Notes under the pieces: generated by a model
What the model was told of the DNA's origin: nothing
Database searches by the model: none
What the model saw: the letters and a program-made list of their open reading frames with translations, nothing else
Assembly: GCF_000284115.1 (NCBI RefSeq)
Contig: NC_017080.1
Location: 2,130,001 to 2,162,000, forward strand
DNA: 32,000 bases
Source: Phycisphaera mikurensis NBRC 102666
Lineage (GTDB): Bacteria; Planctomycetota; Phycisphaerae; Phycisphaerales; Phycisphaeraceae
Direction of reading: 5' to 3'
Made by a program: the position numbers and the translations under genes
Shown here: positions 16,280 through 28,000 of the stretch, piece by piece
Position numbering within the stretch: the stretch's first letter is position 1
Layout: every line of letters begins with the position of its first letter

Positions 16280-18178
16280 TCACGCCCGCAGCACGACCCC
16301 CAGCCGTGCGAGCAACGCGATCGGCAGGCCGATCAGCAGCGTCTTCAGCAACGCGTAGCCGACGCCGTGGAGCGGCGAAGCGTCGCTCCCCCAGGTCTCG
16401 GTGATCGCCAGAGCGGCCCAGGCGTCGATCGACCCCCAGCCGGTGCCGACCGGCGCCACCGGCACCAGCGGGTAGCCGAACGCCACCAGCACGGGGCCCG
16501 CCAGCACCGCGTACAGGAGCAGCGGGTTCCGCCCGACGCCGGTGAGCGGGAGCGCCAGCTTCAAGGGCAGCGCCGGGCTCGCCCGATCCAGCAGGGCGGT
16601 GCCACCGGCGAGCACCGCGACGAGCCCGCCGGCGAGGAACAGGCACAGCGCCGCGACGCCCGGCGCCAGGCGCAGCATCTGCCACGCGGTGACGTCCGAC
16701 CCGCTGGGGCCGTCCAGGCCCCGCAGCAGCAGCGAGGCTGCGCCCGCCGCGGCGGCGGCCAGCAGCAGCGAAGCGGCGAGCGAGGCCAGCGAGCGCGTCC
16801 AACGGCCCGAGGCGTCGGCTTTGCCGATCATCAGGAACCGGGCGAGCAGCACCCCGACGAGCGTGACACCCGCCGCCACGCCGGCCGCCGGCAGCGTCGC
16901 CAGCGCGGGCGACGCCCCGAGCGGTTCCCGCAGGAGCAACGCGGCGGCGACTCCGACCGGCGGCGCCGACAGCAGCAGGACCGCCATCAGCACCACACCG
17001 CCGTTGCCCCAGCGGACGGCGTCGGTCTCCTCGCGGGGCAGCGCCCCGGCGGGCGGCGGCGCCAGGTCGCGGAGGTGGCGCACGCCCAGGTCGCCGGCGA
17101 CGGTGCCCGCGGCCACGAACGCGAAGCCCATCAGCCACGCCGGGTTGAGCCAGGCCGTGGCGGCGAAGCCCGCGATCCGGGCCGACGCCCAGGCCTGTTC
17201 GCCGCCGCGGCCGTCATGGCCGATCGCCTCCAAAACCCCCGGCAGCCAGACGATCCACATCGAGACGCCGAGGCCGATCGCCAAGCGGAGCCCCCAGGCG
17301 AGCGGGTTCGCGAGCGGCGTCAGCAGCCACAGGGCCGCGGCGAACAGCCCGTTCCAGGCGATGGCGAGCACGACCGGATCGGGCGCCCACGCCGCCGCCC
17401 GCGTCTCGGGCACGTCGATCCGCAGGCACAGCACGAGCAGGCAGACGCCCAGGCCGCCCGCGCGCAGGATCCACCGTCCGGCCGGCGTCACGCCCGGCCC
17501 GAAGCGCAGCGTGAGCGGGACGAGCCCGAGCACGCCCAGCAGCGAGAGGGCGGCGGCCGGCCCCGACCCCAGCGTCTCGGGCCGGAGCACCGGCACGAGC
17601 ACCGCGACGAGCAGCAGCGTCAGGAAACGGGCCGGCAGCGACAGCAGCAGGCCGAGCCAGCCGCCGCCGGCACGCAGGAAGCCGGCGCGGCCGGCCGAAG
17701 CGGCGGGGCGGCCCCGCCGCGCCGCCGCCAGCGGGATCGCGGCACCCGCCGCGAGGAGCGCGGCCGCGAGCAGCAGCCCCGCGAGCAGCACCCCGACGCC
17801 CTGCCCCCAGGGCGCGAACGCGGCCGCCGGCCGCAGACCCGCCAGCAGCGCCGCCGCCGGCCCCGACCAGTTCTCGGACCCTCCGCCGGCCGCCGCCGGA
17901 TCGCCCAGCAGCCGCGGCAGCGGGACCGGCAGGAGCAGGACCCACGCGAACAGCAGCAGCGTCAAGCCGCGGAAGGCGTCCAGGCCCGCCAGCCGCCCCT
18001 CCAGCTGCGGCCCCCGGCCGCCCAGCGCCGCGTCCGCCGCACGCCGTCCCGCGCCCCGGCGGACCCTCCCGCCGCGCGCGGCGTCGGGCCGCGGGGAAGC
18101 GGAGGCGGGCTCCTCCGCCTCGCTGAGGCGGACCTGGAGCGGGGGCAACCGATCGATGGGCGGGTAGCGTGCGGGCAT
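16280..18178 (-). CDS. Polytopic membrane protein with LDAFRG motif (YeiB/HGSNAT/DUF5009-like acyltransferase superfamily)
   Basis: 632 aa, LAGLDAFRGLTLLLFAWVLLLP and more than 10 hydrophobic segments. Confidence 0.65.
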   Translation of the reverse strand: MPARYPPIDRLPPLQVRLSEAEEPASASPRPDAARGGRVRRGAGRRAADAALGGRGPQLEGRLAGLDAFRGLTLLLFAWVLLLPVPLPRLLGDPAAAGGGSENWSGPAAALLAGLRPAAAFAPWGQGVGVLLAGLLLAAALLAAGAAIPLAAARRGRPAASAGRAGFLRAGGGWLGLLLSLPARFLTLLLVAVLVPVLRPETLGSGPAAALSLLGVLGLVPLTLRFGPGVTPAGRWILRAGGLGVCLLVLCLRIDVPETRAAAWAPDPVVLAIAWNGLFAAALWLLTPLANPLAWGLRLAIGLGVSMWIVWLPGVLEAIGHDGRGGEQAWASARIAGFAATAWLNPAWLMGFAFVAAGTVAGDLGVRHLRDLAPPPAGALPREETDAVRWGNGGVVLMAVLLLSAPPVGVAAALLLREPLGASPALATLPAAGVAAGVTLVGVLLARFLMIGKADASGRWTRSLASLAASLLLAAAAAGAASLLLRGLDGPSGSDVTAWQMLRLAPGVAALCLFLAGGLVAVLAGGTALLDRASPALPLKLALPLTGVGRNPLLLYAVLAGPVLVAFGYPLVPVAPVGTGWGSIDAWAALAITETWGSDASPLHGVGYALLKTLLIGLPIALLARLGVVLRA

Positions 18179-18230
18179 CGCGGCCGAGGCTACGGTTCCA
18201 CCGTGGGTCCGGCTACACGCCTCCCGCGTG

Positions 18231-18276
18231 CCGCGGACCGGCGCAGCTCCGCCCGGAAATCGGCGACGGTCCGCGG
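18231..18276. repeat. 46-bp dyad element, copy B: CCGCGGACCG-N26-CGGTCCGCGG
   Basis: Exact 10-bp arms at 18231..18240 and 18267..18276. Confidence 0.8.
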
Positions 18277-18334
18277 GGTCGCGTGCTTGGGAGGAGCAGC
18301 CAGACCAAGGCCCATCCTCAGAGTCCGATAATGA

Positions 18335-18362
18335 AAGTTATGTTCAACTGATCCTTGTTCAA
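18335..18362 (-). promoter_or_regulatory. Candidate promoter TTGAAC-N16-TAACTT, firing towards the 18178 CDS
   Basis: Minus strand in an AT-rich patch; -35 at 18357..18362, -10 at 18335..18340; a second TTGAAC lies 15 nt away. Confidence 0.4.
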
Positions 18363-19147
18363 CCGGCGGGGCGGCCCAGGAAGCCGCATCGGGTTGCGCC
18401 TCCGCCGGGAGACCGGACCGACAGCGCACACCGGATGCGCAGGAGGTCGGCACACCCGCGCCAGCCGCGCCCGAGGTATCCGTAGTGGCTCCGCCCCGCC
18501 GCCCGGGGCCGGTGCCGAACCGGCACCTCGATCACCGCGGTGCCGGCCGCGGCGGTGAGCACGGGGAGGAACCTGTGGGTGCCCGGCCGCTGCAGCGGCC
18601 AAGCACGCGCCACCGACGCGCGCGCGACCCGCGTGGCGCAGCCGGTGTCTCGGATCGGATCGCCGAGCAGGGCCCTCCGGCCGAGCCGGCCGACCCCGCT
18701 GGCGAGGCGCTTCATCCGGCGGTCGCGACGCCGGACGCGGCAGCCCTGGGCGAGGCCCGCACCGCGAGCCTGCAGCCGCCGGAGCAGGCGCGGCAGGTCC
18801 GCCGCGACGTTCTGCCCATCGGCATCGAGGGTCGCGATCCAGGCCCCGCGGGCTTCACCGATGCCGGCGGAAAGCGCCGCGGACTGGCCGAGGCCGCGAG
18901 CGAGCGTGACCACCCGCAGCCGCGGCTCCCCCGCGGCGAGCCGGCGGAGCAGCGAGACGCTCCCGTCGCGGGAACCGTCGTCGGCGACGACCAGCTCGGC
19001 GGCGATGCGGCACCGGTCCATCACGCCCAGCACCTCCGCGACCAGCGGGCGGAGCGACGCTTCCTCGTCCCGCGCCGGCACCACCACCGAGATCAGCGGC
19101 GGGGGCGGGGGCGGGTCGGGGGCGGTGGCGGGCGGGCGGGCGGTCAT
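18359..19147 (-). CDS. Glycosyltransferase family 2 (DPM1/undecaprenyl-phosphate sugar transferase-like)
   Basis: LISVVVPARDEEASLRPLVAEVL, ELVVADDGSRDGS, ARGLGQSAALSAGIGEARGAWIATLDADGQNVAADLPRLL. Internal MTARPP start (19147) preferred over the track start at 19240. Confidence 0.88.
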   Translation of the reverse strand: MTARPPATAPDPPPPPPLISVVVPARDEEASLRPLVAEVLGVMDRCRIAAELVVADDGSRDGSVSLLRRLAAGEPRLRVVTLARGLGQSAALSAGIGEARGAWIATLDADGQNVAADLPRLLRRLQARGAGLAQGCRVRRRDRRMKRLASGVGRLGRRALLGDPIRDTGCATRVARASVARAWPLQRPGTHRFLPVLTAAAGTAVIEVPVRHRPRAAGRSHYGYLGRGWRGCADLLRIRCALSVRSPGGGATRCGFLGRPAG

Positions 19148-19238
19148 GGCGGCGGCGGCGGGCCGAACCCGCACGCTACTCCGCCCACCGCCCCGCCCGC
19201 CGCCCCGCCCGCCGGGCGCCAGCGCCCATACTCCCGCC

Positions 19239-21254
<2,016 letters not shown>

Positions 21255-21303
21255 CCGGCACGCTCCTGCGCCAAGACCCGAGCGTCCGGCAAGCGTGGCC
21301 CCC

Positions 21304-22257
21304 TCAGTAGCCCCAGCGGTGGTCGAAGACGTTCCGCATCCCCGCAACGTCGCCGGCGGCGTAACGCTTTAAGTTGTGCAGGAACAGGTCGGCGAGGCGT
21401 CGGCCGTTGCCCTCGCCGCGGCCGCCGACGTGCGGGGTGATCAGCAGGCGGGGCGTGCTCCAGAGGCGGTGCCCCGGCGGCAGCGGCTCCTCGGGAGCGA
21501 CGTCAATGGCGGCCCAGCCGAGGCGGCCGGCGTCCAGAGCGTCCGCGAGGGCCTCGTGGTCCAGCAGGCTGCCGCGGCCGACGTTGACGAGGCCGGCGTG
21601 GGGGCGGAGCCGCCCGATCCGTTGCGCGTTGAGCAGCCCCCGGGTGTGCGCGGTGCCGGGCAGCGTCGCGACGAGCACGTCGGCCTCGGCGAGGCAGCGA
21701 TCGAGCCGCCCGACCGGCTCGACCCGGTGGACGCCCGCCGGGGGCGGCCGGTCGGCGTGGCGTCGCACGCCGACGACCTCCATGCCCAGCGCCGCCGCCC
21801 TCGTCGCGAGGCATCGGCCCAGGTCGCCGAGCCCCAGGAGCAGCAGCCGCCGGCCGGCGAGCTCGTGGATCGCCGGGCCGCCGAGCCCCCACCGCGCCTC
21901 CCGCATCGCCTCGACGGCCCCGTCGATCCGCCGGCTGAAGTGAAGCATCATCGCGAGCGTGTGCTCGGCGATGGGCCCGCCGTACACGCCCGCCGCGGTG
22001 GTCACCGTCCAGGCCTCCGGCACCGCGTGGGCCAGCTTGCCGGCGCCGGCGGACTGGGTCTGCACCCACCTCATCCGCTCCGCCGCCGCGTGGTCGAGGC
22101 CCGCCGGCCAGCCGAGGAAGACCTCCGCCGAAGACCACGCCTCGGCGAAACCGGGATCCGCCGGCGCGGCCTGCACGAGCTCCGCGGCCGGCACCACCGC
22201 CGCCACCTCGTCGGGGAAGGCGGCGGGCAACCACGGGCAGGCGCTGAGGATCTTCAC
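21304..22257 (-). CDS. D-2-hydroxyacid dehydrogenase
   Basis: ELAGRRLLLLGLGDLGRCLATRAAALGMEVVGVRR, LPGTAHTRGLLNAQRIGRLRPHAGLVNVGRGSLLDHEALADAL, DVAPEEPLPPGHRLWSTPRLLITPHVGG. GTG start. Confidence 0.92.
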   Translation of the reverse strand: MKILSACPWLPAAFPDEVAAVVPAAELVQAAPADPGFAEAWSSAEVFLGWPAGLDHAAAERMRWVQTQSAGAGKLAHAVPEAWTVTTAAGVYGGPIAEHTLAMMLHFSRRIDGAVEAMREARWGLGGPAIHELAGRRLLLLGLGDLGRCLATRAAALGMEVVGVRRHADRPPPAGVHRVEPVGRLDRCLAEADVLVATLPGTAHTRGLLNAQRIGRLRPHAGLVNVGRGSLLDHEALADALDAGRLGWAAIDVAPEEPLPPGHRLWSTPRLLITPHVGGRGEGNGRRLADLFLHNLKRYAAGDVAGMRNVFDHRWGY

Positions 22258-22276
22258 CGGCGACGTTACGGCGAGC

Positions 22277-22322
22277 CCGCGGACCGCCGGGGTTTTCGGT
22301 TCGAGACGCCGGCGGTCCGCGG
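22277..22322. repeat. 46-bp dyad element, copy C, with arms extended to 14 bp (CCGCGGACCGCCGG / CCGGCGGTCCGCGG)
   Basis: Perfect 14-bp inverted repeat 22277..22290 / 22309..22322, between divergent starts 22257(-) and 22341(+). Confidence 0.88.
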
Positions 22323-22340
22323 CTGCGGTACAACTGCCGC

Positions 22341-22799
22341 GTGCAGTCTTATCTCCACGTCCCGGTCCAGCGGCTGCCGCACGCCGAAGCCCGGGGCACC
22401 GCGCTGCCGGCGTACCAGAGCGAGGCCGCCGCGGGGCTGGACCTGCACGCCTGCCTCGCGGCCGCGGTGATCCTCGAGCCCGGTGCCGTCGCCCGCATCC
22501 CCACCGGCCACGCTTTCGCGATCCCCGAGGGCCACGAAGGCCAGGTCCGCCCGCGTTCGGGCCTCTCCACGAAGCACCGCGTGACCGTGCCCAACGCCCC
22601 GGGCACGATCGACGCCGACTACCGCGGCGAGGTCGAGGTGGCCCTCCACAACCTCGGCGACGCCCCGTACGCGGTCGAGCCCAACGCCCGCATCGCCCAG
22701 CTGGTCGTCGTGCCGATCCCGCGCGTCGTCCTCGAGCCGGTGGCGGAGCTGCCGGAGACGGTGCGCGGGAGCGCCGGCTTCGGGAGCTCGGGCGTTTGA
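22341..22799 (+). CDS. dut: dUTP diphosphatase
   Basis: YQSEAAAGLDLHACL, GHEGQVRPRSGLSTKHRVTVPNAPGTIDADYRGEVEVALHNLG, RIAQLVVVPI, GSAGFGSSG. Confidence 0.96.
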   Translation: MQSYLHVPVQRLPHAEARGTALPAYQSEAAAGLDLHACLAAAVILEPGAVARIPTGHAFAIPEGHEGQVRPRSGLSTKHRVTVPNAPGTIDADYRGEVEVALHNLGDAPYAVEPNARIAQLVVVPIPRVVLEPVAELPETVRGSAGFGSSGV

Positions 22800-22895
22800 G
22801 GCGGGCGCGGGCCGGGGGCGTGGTCTGGCTCCCTGCCCCCGCCGTATCCTCCGCCCCGCTTCCTCCCCCGCGTCCCCCAACGAAACGACCCTTCC

Positions 22896-23873
22896 ATGCT
22901 CTCCCCCCTCCGCGTCGCCGTCACCGGAGCCGCCGGGCAGATCGGCTACGCCCTGCTCTTCCGGATCGCCTCCGGCCAGATGTTCGGGCCCGACCAGCCC
23001 GTGATCCTGCACCTCATCGAGGTGCCGGTCGACAAGGCGATGCATGCCCTCGAGGGCGTCGTGATGGAGCTGGAGGACTGCGCCTTCCCGCTGCTTGCCG
23101 GCACCGTCTGCACCAGCGACGCGACCGAGGGCTTCAAGGAGGTGAACTGGGCGTGCCTGGTCGGCAGCAAGCCGCGCGGGCCGGGCATGGAGCGTGCCGA
23201 CCTCCTGAAGGACAACGGCAAGATCTTCGTCGGGCAAGGCCGCGCGATCGACGAGCACGCGGCCGCGGATTGCCGCGTGGCCGTCGTCGGGAACCCCGCC
23301 AACACGAACGCGATGATCGGCGCCGCCCAGGGCGAGCGGATCCCGGCCGAGCGCTGGACCGCGATGGTTCGCCTCGACCAAAACCGGGCCGTCGGCCAGC
23401 TGGCCAAGCGGGCGGGCGTCTCCGTCGCCGACGTCACCGACACCTACATCTTCGGCAACCACTCGCCGACGATGTTCCCGGCATTCGGCCTCGCGAAGAT
23501 CGGCAACCGCCCCGCCACCGAGGTCCTCGACGGAAGCTACCTCCAAGGCGAGTTCCTGGAGACCGTCGGCAAGCGCGGGGCCGCCATCATCGCGGCCCGC
23601 GGCGCCAGCTCCGCCGCCTCCGCCGCGAATGCGCTGGTCGACCACGTCCGCGGGTTGGTGACGCCGGGCAAGGTGCAGAGCGTCGCGGTCAAGAGCGACG
23701 GCCACTACGGCTTCGATCCCGCGGTGTGGGCGGGCCTGCCCGTGCGGACGACCGAGACCGGGTACGAGGTCGTCGAGGGCCTCACGCTCGACGCCTTCGC
23801 CAAGGAGAAGATCGCCGCGACCAACGCCGAGCTGGTGAGCGAGCGCGAGACCGTCGCCGACCTGCTGCCCTGA
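22896..23873 (+). CDS. mdh: Malate dehydrogenase
   Basis: [73 protein letters not shown]. Confidence 0.97.
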   Translation: MLSPLRVAVTGAAGQIGYALLFRIASGQMFGPDQPVILHLIEVPVDKAMHALEGVVMELEDCAFPLLAGTVCTSDATEGFKEVNWACLVGSKPRGPGMERADLLKDNGKIFVGQGRAIDEHAAADCRVAVVGNPANTNAMIGAAQGERIPAERWTAMVRLDQNRAVGQLAKRAGVSVADVTDTYIFGNHSPTMFPAFGLAKIGNRPATEVLDGSYLQGEFLETVGKRGAAIIAARGASSAASAANALVDHVRGLVTPGKVQSVAVKSDGHYGFDPAVWAGLPVRTTETGYEVVEGLTLDAFAKEKIAATNAELVSERETVADLLP

Positions 23874-23978
23874 GCGAAGCGTGGAGGCTGGCAGAAGTTC
23901 GCCGCACGGACCGTGCCGGGCAGGCTGCGCCTGGAGGCTGGCGAGGGCTCGACGCCCGGAAGCTCGGGCGGACTCGGG

Positions 23979-24983
23979 ATGAAGCAACGCCACCGCCTGA
24001 TCGCGCCGATGCCGCCGGGCCCGCTCGACGTCGTCGGCGACGTCCACGGGGAGCTGGGGCTGCTCGAGCGCCTGCTCGAGCGGCTCGGGCGCGACCCGGT
24101 CACGCTCGGCCCCACCGGCCGCCGTGCGGCGGGTCGCTCGCTCGTGTTCGTCGGCGACCTGGTCGATCGGGGCCCCGACTCGGTCGGCGTCCTGCGCCGG
24201 GTGATGCCCGCGGTCCGCGAGCGCCGGGCCTTCTGCGTCATGGGCAACCACGAGCTCAACGCGCTCCGCGTCCCCGATGCCGTCGACCACAGCCACTGGT
24301 TCCACGGCGGCGGCGTCGGGCCGCCGACGATGCCGCAGGCCGTGCTGCCGCCGGAGCAGAGAGCGGACGTCCTCGGCTTCTTCCGATCGCTCCCGCTCGC
24401 GCTCGAGCGGGAGGACGTCGTCGCCGTGCACGCCTGCTGGGACGCGGCCTCGGCGGACCGGCTCCGCGGGGCGGACGATCCCGTCGACGCCTGGCGGCGC
24501 GCCCACGACCTCACGCCGCCGGGGGGCTGGGAGGCCGCCGTCGACCCCGCCGATCCCGCGGCCGCGGACGCCCGCCTCGTCCGGCGGAACGCGAACCCGG
24601 TCCGCCGCCTGACCGCCGGCCCGGAGCACCGGGCCCCGCACCCGTTCCGCATCCACGACCGCGTCTTCCGCGACGCCCGCACGCCTTGGTGGGACGCCTA
24701 CGCCGGCCCGCCTTACGTGATCTTCGGCCACTACTGGCGGCGGCCCGGCGAGACCCCCGCGGTTGGCGACCCCGCCCTGCCCTTCGGCGGCCACGGCCCC
24801 ACCGACGAGCTCGGCCTCCCCGGGAGCGATGGCCGCCGCTCCGCGATGTGCATCGACCACTGCGCCGGCGCCAGCTGGCAACGCCGCCCCCCCGCCGTCG
24901 CCGCCGGCGTCGCCCCCATCGCCACGGGGCTCTCCGCCTTCCGCTGGCCCGAGCGGGAGCTGGTCTTCGTCCCCGGCGCCTGA
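23979..24983 (+). CDS. Calcineurin-like/Ser-Thr phosphatase family metallophosphoesterase
   Basis: LDVVGDVHGELGLLERLLERLG, LVFVGDLVDRGPDSVGVL, FCVMGNHELNALR, VIFGHYW. Confidence 0.9.
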   Translation: MKQRHRLIAPMPPGPLDVVGDVHGELGLLERLLERLGRDPVTLGPTGRRAAGRSLVFVGDLVDRGPDSVGVLRRVMPAVRERRAFCVMGNHELNALRVPDAVDHSHWFHGGGVGPPTMPQAVLPPEQRADVLGFFRSLPLALEREDVVAVHACWDAASADRLRGADDPVDAWRRAHDLTPPGGWEAAVDPADPAAADARLVRRNANPVRRLTAGPEHRAPHPFRIHDRVFRDARTPWWDAYAGPPYVIFGHYWRRPGETPAVGDPALPFGGHGPTDELGLPGSDGRRSAMCIDHCAGASWQRRPPAVAAGVAPIATGLSAFRWPERELVFVPGA

Positions 24984-25008
24984 GCGCGCCGCCGGCCCCG
25001 AGCCCGTC

Positions 25009-28000
25009 TCAGCGATCGCCCTCCGCCGCCGCCTCCCGCATCACCAGCGAGAGCAGCAGCGGGACGATAACCAGCGTGAACAGCGTCGCGCACACGAGCC
25101 CGCCGACGATGACGGCCCCCAAGCCGCGGTAGAGCTCGCTGCCCGAGCCGGGGGTGAGCACCAGCGGGAGCATGCCGGCGACGGACGTGCAGGTCGTCAT
25201 CAGGATCGGCCGCAGCCGCGTCCGCACGCTCTGGCCGATCGCGGAGCGGGCGTCCATCGGCGGCCCCTCGGCGCCACGCTGGAAGTTGAGGCTCTGGTGG
25301 ACGATCAGGATCGCGTTGTTCACCACGACGCCGATGAGGATGATGAAGCCGAGCATCGTCAGCGTGTCGAGCTGCTGCGTGGGGTCGAGGTGGTGGACGA
25401 CGCCCAGGCCGATGAAGCCCCCGACCGCCGCGAGCGGCACCGCGAAGAGGACCACCAGCGGGTAGAGGAAGCTCTCGAACAGAGCCGCCATCAGGAGGTA
25501 GGTGACCAGCAACGCGAGCAGCAGCCGCGAGGAGAGCAAGCCGGCGACGGCGCCGAGCACGCCGGCGTCGTCGCCGCCGAGCGTCCCGACCATCGCGTCG
25601 CGGACCTCCGCGAGCTTGCCGGCCGAGCCCGCCAGGCGGACCTCCACCGTTGCAGCGATGGCCCCGGCTTCCCGCAGGCCGGCGACGGCCTTCTGGATCG
25701 CCGCCGTCGCCTCGCCCAGCGGCACCTCCGCCGGCGGCACGACCGACAGCACCACCGCGCGGCGTTCCTCGATCCGGCGGATCGTCTGCGGCGCCAGCGT
25801 GCGGGAGACCGCGGCGATCGCGCCCAGCGGGATCGAACCGGTCTCGCCGGTGGCCGTCCGGTAGGCGATCGGCAGGGCCGACAGCGCCTCCACGGTCACC
25901 GGCTCGGTGGGCCCGTCGCCGGGCTTCGGCTCCACGCCCAACCGCCGGGCCCGCAGGTCGATCGACTCGCCGAAGAGCCGGTACTCGCCGACGATCACGC
26001 CGTCGACCATCGCGGCCACGGCCCGCCCGAGGTTTTCGACGTCCACCCCCAGCTCCGCCGCCTTCACGCGATCCAGCTCCACGCGCAGCTCCCGGCTCTG
26101 CCGATCGAAGTTGCCCGGATCCGGCCGCACCGCCGTGAAGCCGTAGAGCTCCCGGGCGGCGCCGAGCAGCGACGACGCCGCGGCGGTCACCTCGTCGAGC
26201 TGCGTCGCGGAGACCTCCACGTCGATCTGCCGCGAGCCCGCCGCGCCGCGGCCGAACAGAGAGCTCTGCTCGGCGAAGCCCAGGCCCCAGGGGCCCGTCG
26301 TCGCCGCCGAGAGCAGCCCCTGCAGCGGCGCCACGCTGTTCTTGTCCTGGCTCGTTGCCCCGTTGAAGACCGCCGAGCCGAAGCTCACGAAGAAGTAGTT
26401 GTCGACCGGCGGCGCTCCGGTCGCCGGCGCCCCGAAGAGCCGGTTCACCGGCGGTGTCAGCTCGGCGGCCTCTTGGGCGGTCGTCGCTTCCCAGAAGGGC
26501 TCGACAACGCTCTCCGCGGCGCGTCCGATGCGCTCGGCGGTGTCCACGTTGTAGCCCGGCGGCGTGAGCACGATCCCGAACACGAGGTTCTTGTTGCCAC
26601 GCGGGAGGTAGTCCGTGGGCGGCATCAGCAGCCACGCCCCCAGGAGCGAGCCGGCGGTCACGACCGAGAGGATCGCGACGCGGGCGGCGACGCCCGTTCT
26701 GGTGGGCTGCATCAACCCGACGATCCGCTCCGAGAAGCCGGCCGCGAGCCGGCCGAAGACACCCCCGTTCGGCTCCCCGGCCGGAGCCTGCTCCAGGTCC
26801 GTCCGCCGCCGCAGCAGCCGCGCCGACGCGGCCGGGATGACGGTGATGCCGACCACCAGCGACAGCGCCACCGCCGCCGACAGCGCGATCGCGATGTCGC
26901 GGAACAGCTGCCCCGCCTCGCCCGCGACCGTCAGCACCGGCAGGAACACCGCCAGCGTGGTCAGCGTCGACGCGAGCACGGCGCCCCAGACCTCGCTGGC
27001 GCCGTCGAGCGACGCCCGGATCGGGCTCTTGGGGCGGCCGTCCGGGCCGCTGAGCTGCAGGTGCCGGTCGATGTTCTCCAGCACCACGATGCCGTTGTCC
27101 ACCACCATGCCCGTCGCGAAGGCGAGGCCCGCCAGCGAGATCACGTTGATGTTCCGCCCCAGCGCCACCATCACCACGAAGGTGCCGATCACGCAGATCG
27201 GGATCGAGAGCGCGATGATCAGCGTCGGCCGGGCCCGGGCGAGCACCACCACCAGCACGGCGAGCAGCAGCACCGCCACGGCCATCAGCGGCCAGCCCCC
27301 GGGCACCACCCGCGTGAGGATCATCAGCGCAACCAGCGTGGGCACGCTCCACAGCACCAGCTTCCGCCGCCGGCCCCACTCCAGGAAGACCAGCAGCGCG
27401 ACGACCGCCAGCACGCCGCCGACCACCAGGTTGTTCTGCACCAGCGCGAGCGCGTCGTTGATGTAGATCGTCTCGTCGTAGACCTGCTCCAGCCGCAGCA
27501 CCGGCACGCGCTCCAGGTCGTTCTGCCGCGCCACGCCCTGGGCGATCGCCGGCAGCACCTCGTCGTTCATCTCGCCGAGGCGGCTGCGGACCTCCTCGAG
27601 CACCGCGATCACGTTCGCCCCCGGCTCCTTGTAGACCGGGAAGGCGAGCGCGATCTGCCCGCGCGAGCGCACGAAGCCGCGCCGCTTGGCGTAGCCCAGC
27701 GACACCTCGGCGAAGTCGCGGACGCGGATCGGACCACCCGCTTCGTCGTAAGCCACGACGGTGCGCTCGACCTGCTCCAGCTCGTCGTACCGGCCCACCG
27801 TCCGCACGCGCACGTCGTAGCGGCCTTCCTGCAGGTCGCCCGCCGAGACGTTGGTGTTCTCGCCGGAGAGTGCGCGGCCGAGGTCCTCCACCGTCACGCC
27901 GCGCTGCGCGAGCCGGGCCGGGTCGAAGTCGACGTGCACCTCTCGTTCGCGGCCGCCGTAGACCCGCACCTCCGAGACGCCGTCCACCCGCTCGAAGAAG

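Noticed and set aside
22813-22841. CGGGGGC...GCCCCCG stem after dut as a terminator
   Set aside because: No U-tract and only a 7-bp G/C run stem, which arises easily at this GC content; not distinguishable from background.
23881-23951. Short direct repeat TGGAGGCTGGC downstream of mdh (about 50 nt apart)
   Set aside because: Only 11 bp, two copies, no associated structure; not strong enough to call a repeat element.
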